64,000 nucleotides of DNA from a virus, in the IMG/VR virus record IMGVR_UViG_3300025151_000019, positions 1 through 64,000 of that record. One strand, given 5' to 3'. Below the pieces are notes generated by a model that was not told the DNA's origin, ran no database searches, and saw only the letters and a list, made by a program, of their open reading frames with translations. Each line of letters begins with the position of its first letter. Position 1 is the stretch's first letter. Below, in pieces: positions 59,121 through 64,000 of the stretch. Both the position numbers and the translations under genes were made by a program.

Positions 59121-60035
59121 TCAAAGAGAGCCATTTCTAATAGCCTCAATACCTGTCCATTCAACCTTTCCACCATTACTTTGCATAACAGTAAAGGTCT
59201 GCCCAACATTTTCATTGTTGGTTTTAGACTTTCGGACATGGGCAGTAAGTTTGAAAGTCTTTCCCTTTTCTTCCTTTTTACACTCAATATATTGGAACAG
59301 TTTTGCCGTGGTATTCTTTTCCCAATCTGGCTTTGTTCCAACAATAGAAAATCCATCATGCACTTCTTTCATGTGCGTGATGAAAAATTTGTGGCATCGC
59401 AATTGACAAGCAGCCTTAAACAAACGCTTGTATTCCTCAGTCCTTGCATACCATTGGGTTGGAACCATTTTAACTTTATCAGCCTGTCGTGGGTCGCCAC
59501 CCTTAATATGATTCAAACGAGCAATCATGTTTGTAGTATCAAGCCAAGTATCAAGACCATCAAAAACAATAGCCTTAACTGCTTCAATTTCAACTTCATC
59601 GTCGCCATCTTCAATCTTACCTGTTTCAATTGCTTCATTAACCATAGCAATAAAATAACGAGCCATGTCAGCAGTAGCCAAATAATCAACAGTCATATCT
59701 TCATTATAGACATGAGGATTGAAGATAACAATCTTTTCATCTTCACTCCAATGTTGTCGCCATGTAGGTTCTGCACCTTCATCAAAATCAAGAATGAAAA
59801 GCCAATGCGTTTCACGCTCTTCTTTTGTTCGGCAATCCAATGCTAAACCCGTTTTACCCGTTCCAGGATTTCCACTAATTCCACAAATTAGAAACGCCTG
59901 TTCTTGTTCAAGCAATTTCTTTCGTTGGTTCATAGCACGAAGTTTGGCTTGTTTGAAAGCCGAAGCACTATTGTTTTCTTTTGCTGCTTGGAGAGTAGCC
60001 CCTGCTGCATTTCCTTTCTTATTTCCAATTCCCAT
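59121..60035 (-). CDS. Sak4/RadA-like P-loop ATPase (recombinase)
   Basis: GNPGTGKT, ILDFDEG, IVFDGLDTW. Confidence 0.75.
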   Translation of the reverse strand: MGIGNKKGNAAGATLQAAKENNSASAFKQAKLRAMNQRKKLLEQEQAFLICGISGNPGTGKTGLALDCRTKEERETHWLFILDFDEGAEPTWRQHWSEDEKIVIFNPHVYNEDMTVDYLATADMARYFIAMVNEAIETGKIEDGDDEVEIEAVKAIVFDGLDTWLDTTNMIARLNHIKGGDPRQADKVKMVPTQWYARTEEYKRLFKAACQLRCHKFFITHMKEVHDGFSIVGTKPDWEKNTTAKLFQYIECKKEEKGKTFKLTAHVRKSKTNNENVGQTFTVMQSNGGKVEWTGIEAIRNGSL

Positions 60036-60036
60036 A

Positions 60037-60255
60037 TTATTCATCTCCTAATTGGTGTTTAAATTGTTCTTTTAATTGCTTAAACTGTTGCTCAAACAAT
60101 TGACGGGTGAACTGTTTCCCGCTTTTCAAATGGATTCTTACTGAATATGGATTATCTGGTTCTTCTTCCAATCTCTTCCATTCAATAGATTCCACTTCGG
60201 CCATATCAAAACAAAGTTGATGTAGCCTAAAATAAGTTGTGTTTTCTCTAATCAT
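60037..60255 (-). CDS. Hypothetical protein (MIRENTT...)
   Basis: AGGTGA SD before ATG 60255; the longer upstream start is unlikely. Confidence 0.65.
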   Translation of the reverse strand: MIRENTTYFRLHQLCFDMAEVESIEWKRLEEEPDNPYSVRIHLKSGKQFTRQLFEQQFKQLKEQFKHQLGDE

Positions 60256-60267
60256 GTATATCACCTG

Positions 60268-60367
60268 TTTGGGCATCGCACCCTTTCGTATGTCATTCAA
60301 ACCGCCACATATACACGGCAACTCGTAGATTGTTGGTGTATCTCTATGACAACAACCTAAGCGAGAT
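60268..60367 (-). ncRNA. Structured intergenic RNA candidate
   Basis: Three hairpins plus loop-loop complementarity (see findings). Confidence 0.45.
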
Positions 60368-60520
60368 TTACAATTCAGCCAACCTATCGCTAAGAAGCAA
60401 AAGTGCTGATGCCCAAAGACCGACAAAAATTCCTAAGTCGTGGTCATAAAAAGCATAGATACCGATACTTCCAATAATAGATGTAAGGCTACTGTAAAGT
60501 CCAATCTTTCTGTAATCCAT
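60368..60520 (-). CDS. 50-aa two-TM membrane protein, not in ORF track
   Basis: GGTGA SD; manual translation MDYRKIGLYSSLTSIIGSIGIYAFYDHDLGIFVGLWASALLLLSDRLAEL. Confidence 0.7.
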   Translation of the reverse strand: MDYRKIGLYSSLTSIIGSIGIYAFYDHDLGIFVGLWASALLLLSDRLAEL

Positions 60521-60526
60521 TAAAAA

Positions 60527-61768
60527 TCACCAATAAGATAGTTCTTCATCGCTTTCGGTTTCTTCCACTTCAGGCGCAACACCCAAAGCAATACGGGGAA
60601 GAATACCATACACATTCAATGAAACAGGATTCCATTCATCATCAAGAACATTTCCGTCTGAATCCTTCTTCTTGGTTTGATTGGTTCGGCCAATGACAAT
60701 AACATCGGAACCAACACCGAAATCAATATCCACATTAGATGGAACCCAACATGGGGTTGAATCGGGAATCTCTTCTTCTTCAAAACCATAATTTCCATCA
60801 GCAGGTTCAATCCAAATAACACGGTTGCCCGTTCTTTCATTAACAGTCAAGTTCATGCTACTTACAATTCCATCCGTGATACAAAGTTTCATTCCAGGAT
60901 TTGACATAATTTGCTGGTGATAGTCTTCAATCTCCATCAAGTCGGCAACATAACTTTCCATGTGTTCAGCCAAAAGGTCTTCCATAGAAGGAGTATTACC
61001 AACAAACAAATCATCTTCAGCATCAAGATTGTCATTGTAGCGGATAGAACTAAGTGTGCTGGTTCTAATTCCATAACAAGCATTACGCTGGTCATTAAAG
61101 AAAGCGTGGAGGTGAACCCATCGGAAAGATTCAACAGACCAATTCTTTGCGAGACTGTCTTTCAAACCAAGTGTCCAATACTGATAATCTCCACCCTCTT
61201 TCTTTGCGATAAAGTGAACTCGTCGTCGCCATTCTTCAGCAGGAAGAGGCTTACCGAAACGACTGTTTTTATCACCACTTGAATATGCTTCCAAGTTATC
61301 AATAGGAACAATCCACTTTCCTTCATCCACTTCAATAGAGGAGTTAGGTAGGTCGGGGATAACCTTTGTTTCAACATCACCGTTTCGCAGTTGGCTCTTT
61401 TCATAAACACCGTTTTCAAGAACCACTTCAGCAACACGGCCTTCGTTAAAAACAGTATTTGCATTTGTGTTGTAGTCATTCAATAGAGTCTTACGACTCC
61501 ATTCCTGAATATCACGGGCAGGTTCAGCACCAACTACAAAGCCAAAAGCCATATCGCCAAATGAATCAGTTGAGACTTTGCCGCTTTTCTTGGTTGCACT
61601 TCGCACAAATTGGCGAGTCAAAGCAAGAGCAGACCTCATGTGCTTTTCATTTTCCAAATCCAACCCATTAGCGGTTGCAATTTCTTCCATCTTCGTTGTC
61701 ATTTCTTCAGAACTGATACCAAGTTTGTTAGCCAATCCATTCAGTTCATTCGTCATTCTTTCATTCAT
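60527..61768 (-). CDS. RPA/SSB-like OB-fold protein
   Basis: DGIVSS...FGVGSDVIVIGRT OB-like segment; acidic tail ending in aromatic residues; next to the recombinase. Confidence 0.6.
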   Translation of the reverse strand: MNERMTNELNGLANKLGISSEEMTTKMEEIATANGLDLENEKHMRSALALTRQFVRSATKKSGKVSTDSFGDMAFGFVVGAEPARDIQEWSRKTLLNDYNTNANTVFNEGRVAEVVLENGVYEKSQLRNGDVETKVIPDLPNSSIEVDEGKWIVPIDNLEAYSSGDKNSRFGKPLPAEEWRRRVHFIAKKEGGDYQYWTLGLKDSLAKNWSVESFRWVHLHAFFNDQRNACYGIRTSTLSSIRYNDNLDAEDDLFVGNTPSMEDLLAEHMESYVADLMEIEDYHQQIMSNPGMKLCITDGIVSSMNLTVNERTGNRVIWIEPADGNYGFEEEEIPDSTPCWVPSNVDIDFGVGSDVIVIGRTNQTKKKDSDGNVLDDEWNPVSLNVYGILPRIALGVAPEVEETESDEELSYW

Positions 61769-61786
61769 TTTTTTCACCTTTTTGTT

Positions 61787-62692
61787 TTACTGGGTAAATT
61801 GCGCCACAAACCATGACACAATAATTTTCGGAGTCATTACCCTTTGTCTCCATTCCATTTCTCCAATTGCACTAAGGCACTTAAATGTAGTTGCCCTGTC
61901 CAATTCCATATCTAACACACAATGATGCAGATTAACACAAATTTCCTTAACAGAATTACCACCTAATACACGCTTCATCAAAAGACCGTGTGCTTTGGTG
62001 GGGTCGTCTGTAAGGTATTTCACAATATCATAATAGTCGTTCATAAATTCCTTTGCCTTTGTTTTCAAGTCGGAATTAGTAAAGGCGACGGCTTGTAATT
62101 CATTAACCGCCCTTCTCATATCTCCGTTCATCATACCAGCAAAGGATTGTATATCTTCATCTGGGAATGAAAGGTTCTCATTCTCACAGATGTTTTTGAG
62201 CATACTTGTCATGGACTCATTATCTAATGACGAAAAGTGATAATTTGCACAACGACTACGGATAGCATAATCCACAGATGTTTCATCGTTGCAAGTTATC
62301 ATGAAACGAACTCCCGTGGCTCTTTCCATAGTTCGCTTCAAGGCTCGTTGTGAGTCTTTTAGCATACCGTCAATTTCGTCAAGTAGAATAATCTTGAAGG
62401 GCACATTATCTGACCCCTTAGTATTTGCAAAATTTGTAATAGTGTTGCGGATAGTATCTAACTTTCTGTCTTGACTTGCATTGATTTCCATGAAGTTATT
62501 CCTCATTTCATCTCCAAGATACTGCATAGCCAATACATAGACGGCTGATGTTTTACCCGTTCCAGGTCTTCCGTATAACAAAATATTAGGAAGATTAGTT
62601 TTATCTATCCATGATAGTGAGTCTTCTACAAATTTATGTTGTCCTACAATCTCTTCAATCTTTTTTGGTCTGTATTTTTCTGTCCAATTCAT
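61787..62692 (-). CDS. rfcS: Replication factor C small subunit
   Basis: WTEKYRP, GRPGTGKT, EINAS, LLDEID, SRC, GDMRRAVN. Confidence 0.95.
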   Translation of the reverse strand: MNWTEKYRPKKIEEIVGQHKFVEDSLSWIDKTNLPNILLYGRPGTGKTSAVYVLAMQYLGDEMRNNFMEINASQDRKLDTIRNTITNFANTKGSDNVPFKIILLDEIDGMLKDSQRALKRTMERATGVRFMITCNDETSVDYAIRSRCANYHFSSLDNESMTSMLKNICENENLSFPDEDIQSFAGMMNGDMRRAVNELQAVAFTNSDLKTKAKEFMNDYYDIVKYLTDDPTKAHGLLMKRVLGGNSVKEICVNLHHCVLDMELDRATTFKCLSAIGEMEWRQRVMTPKIIVSWFVAQFTQ

Positions 62693-63080
62693 TTTCAATC
62701 TCTCCTATTCCTTTACAATAACCACAGGGCATTTCAAGTGCCTGCCCTGTTCCAGCACATTGTTTGCATATCCTCGGTTTATTTTCGGGATTGCATTCGC
62801 TACAATTCTTATGATTTTTAAATCCTGAACCGTCGCATGTATTACATAATTTCGTTTTAACATACATATTAGAATGTCTGCTATTAGATTTCTTTGTAAT
62901 TTTATAATTTTTGTTGGTTCCTACATATGAAGTTACTTTTCTTTCAGTCGGAACATATGTAAATGTTCCACCTTTCTCCTCAATGTAAGACATAATAGCA
63001 CTAATGATGCCGTTTGATGTTCTTTCAACACCATCGTTCATAGCCCTATCAATATATCTTTCAGCATAACTTTTGTTCAT
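62655..63080 (-). CDS. Hypothetical protein with DnaJ-type CxxCxGxG Zn finger
   Basis: CNTCDGSG, CKQCAGTG, CGYCKGIG. Confidence 0.7.
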   Translation of the reverse strand: MNKSYAERYIDRAMNDGVERTSNGIISAIMSYIEEKGGTFTYVPTERKVTSYVGTNKNYKITKKSNSRHSNMYVKTKLCNTCDGSGFKNHKNCSECNPENKPRICKQCAGTGQALEMPCGYCKGIGEIENELDRKIQTKKD

Positions 63081-63092
63081 CTTTCTGCCTAT

Positions 63093-63230
63093 TTAATCAC
63101 CCACCGTTTTTACTTCAGATGAATCTACATCCTTATCATACAATTCAGATAGGTCTTTAATTTTAAATCTGCCCGCCTTAACAACATCAGCAAGCCATAC
63201 AGTAAATGATACTCCTTGAGATTTCTTCAT
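63093..63230 (-). CDS. 45-aa micro-protein, not in ORF track
   Basis: AGGTGA SD, TAATG overlap; MKKSQGVSFTVWLADVVKAGRFKIKDLSELYDKDVDSSEVKTVGD. Confidence 0.6.
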   Translation of the reverse strand: MKKSQGVSFTVWLADVVKAGRFKIKDLSELYDKDVDSSEVKTVGD

Positions 63231-64000
63231 TAAAAATCACCTAACTTAGTATTCGTGTATCTAATTGATTGCCTTCTCGGTTTTTTCAACCCAAGAATCT
63301 TACATTCTTCAGCATCAAGTTTTGAAATTGCCCATTCTTTCCATTCGGGATTTTTTAGATACGCCCTAACGAGATAAGCATCCTTTTCTTTTAAACCTAA
63401 TTTATGACAAATTTTTGGGACTGGAGAATAAGAGTTTCTCTGTGGAAAATTTACTCTTCCATGATGATTACCACTCCAAGAAAAAACAAAGATTTCCATA
63501 AAGTAATCTTTATTCCACCTTCTCATAATCTGGTCAGAAAAGGCAATCTTTCTAACATCAATATTTGGGGCAACCCAACTCAATATTTGCATATCTGGCG
63601 GGCTATTAAATTTCATGTATCTCAATACTTCATGTCTGTCCTTGTTCTTCAAATACTCAATGTTTAAATCATAGACACTTTTATCAAACTTTAATGGTTT
63701 AGAACAATTTGGCGCATCTCTTTTGATTAATTCTTGGCGATTATCAGTCTGTCCCATACGCTTTCTTACACACATATTCATAATTGACTTAGGCACATCC
63801 TTCTCATTGATAGATGTAAGCACCACATTTTTATGAATTGTTAAGATGTTAATAATTTTCTTAGTTTCAGGCTTGTAGTTCACTTCCTCAATAAGAATTC
63901 CATGATTTTTTGGGTATGAATATATGTCATCAATTGTAATATTACAAGCATCCATCACAATAAAAGGGCGGGAACCCAAGATTTGTTTTGCTCTCTTGGT
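63230..64000 (-). CDS. Divergent RFC large subunit-like protein (5' end beyond window)
   Basis: Frame open to the edge (TKRAKQILG..., fits a post-Walker A helix); ILIEEV; PIP-like C-terminus NTKLGDF. Confidence 0.55.
   Translation of the reverse strand, partial: TKRAKQILGSRPFIVMDACNITIDDIYSYPKNHGILIEEVNYKPETKKIINILTIHKNVVLTSINEKDVPKSIMNMCVRKRMGQTDNRQELIKRDAPNCSKPLKFDKSVYDLNIEYLKNKDRHEVLRYMKFNSPPDMQILSWVAPNIDVRKIAFSDQIMRRWNKDYFMEIFVFSWSGNHHGRVNFPQRNSYSPVPKICHKLGLKEKDAYLVRAYLKNPEWKEWAISKLDAEECKILGLKKPRRQSIRYTNTKLGDF

Noticed and set aside
59022-60367. HDV-like or hammerhead ribozyme, or tRNA, in the structured spacers
   Set aside because: No P3/J4-2 catalytic elements, no exact CUGANGA core, and no cloverleaf with TTCGA
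60256-60426. N-terminal extension of ORF 60037..60426
   Set aside because: Overlaps a better-supported membrane micro-ORF and structured spacer; the SD points to ATG 60255
297-63667. Numerous short antisense or nested ORFs in the track (e.g. 297..698, 7837..8292, 59181..59846)
   Set aside because: They lie opposite or inside well-supported genes, lack SD motifs and have shadow-frame composition

Overview
This window is a 64-kb segment of a tailed (Caudoviricetes, siphovirus-like) dsDNA virus of an archaeon. The best match is a 'magrovirus'-type virus of Marine Group II Euryarchaeota; this is inferred from gene content and GGTGA/GAGGTG ribosome-binding motifs, not from a search. The + strand (1-48.2 kb) is the virion module: many head-region orphan genes, putative TerS, TerL, a LAGLIDADG-domain fusion, portal, an ATP-dependent ligase fusion, an HK97-type prohead protease/scaffold, major capsid protein, neck genes, tail tube, a frameshifted tail chaperone, tape measure, a 2515-aa tail-tip protein and fibres. 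The - strand (48.3-64 kb) carries a near-complete archaeal-type replisome: RFC-L-like, RFC-S, RPA-like, Sak4/RadA-like ATPase, PCNA, PolB, Cas4-like nuclease, PriS-PriL primase, XPF nuclease, MCM-like helicase and a DEDD exonuclease, plus a GMP reductase/IMPDH-family gene. The most striking unexplained pattern is a short peptide, M-[S/T/N/D]-W-x-x-[I/V/Y]-[L/I]-K. It starts or punctuates about 12 otherwise unrelated proteins between 1 and 24 kb. It resembles the C-terminal helix of the capsid scaffold and ends in the same hydrophobic-x-Lys pattern that recurs in the scaffold and near the capsid N-terminus. This suggests a modular capsid-loading and protease-maturation tag for virion cargo, with signs that its DNA also serves as a recombination anchor. 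Other points: two pseudoknotted intergenic RNA candidates, a nested scaffold start, several unannotated micro-ORFs, and apparent avoidance of several 4-bp palindromes. No tRNA, CRISPR array or integrase was seen.
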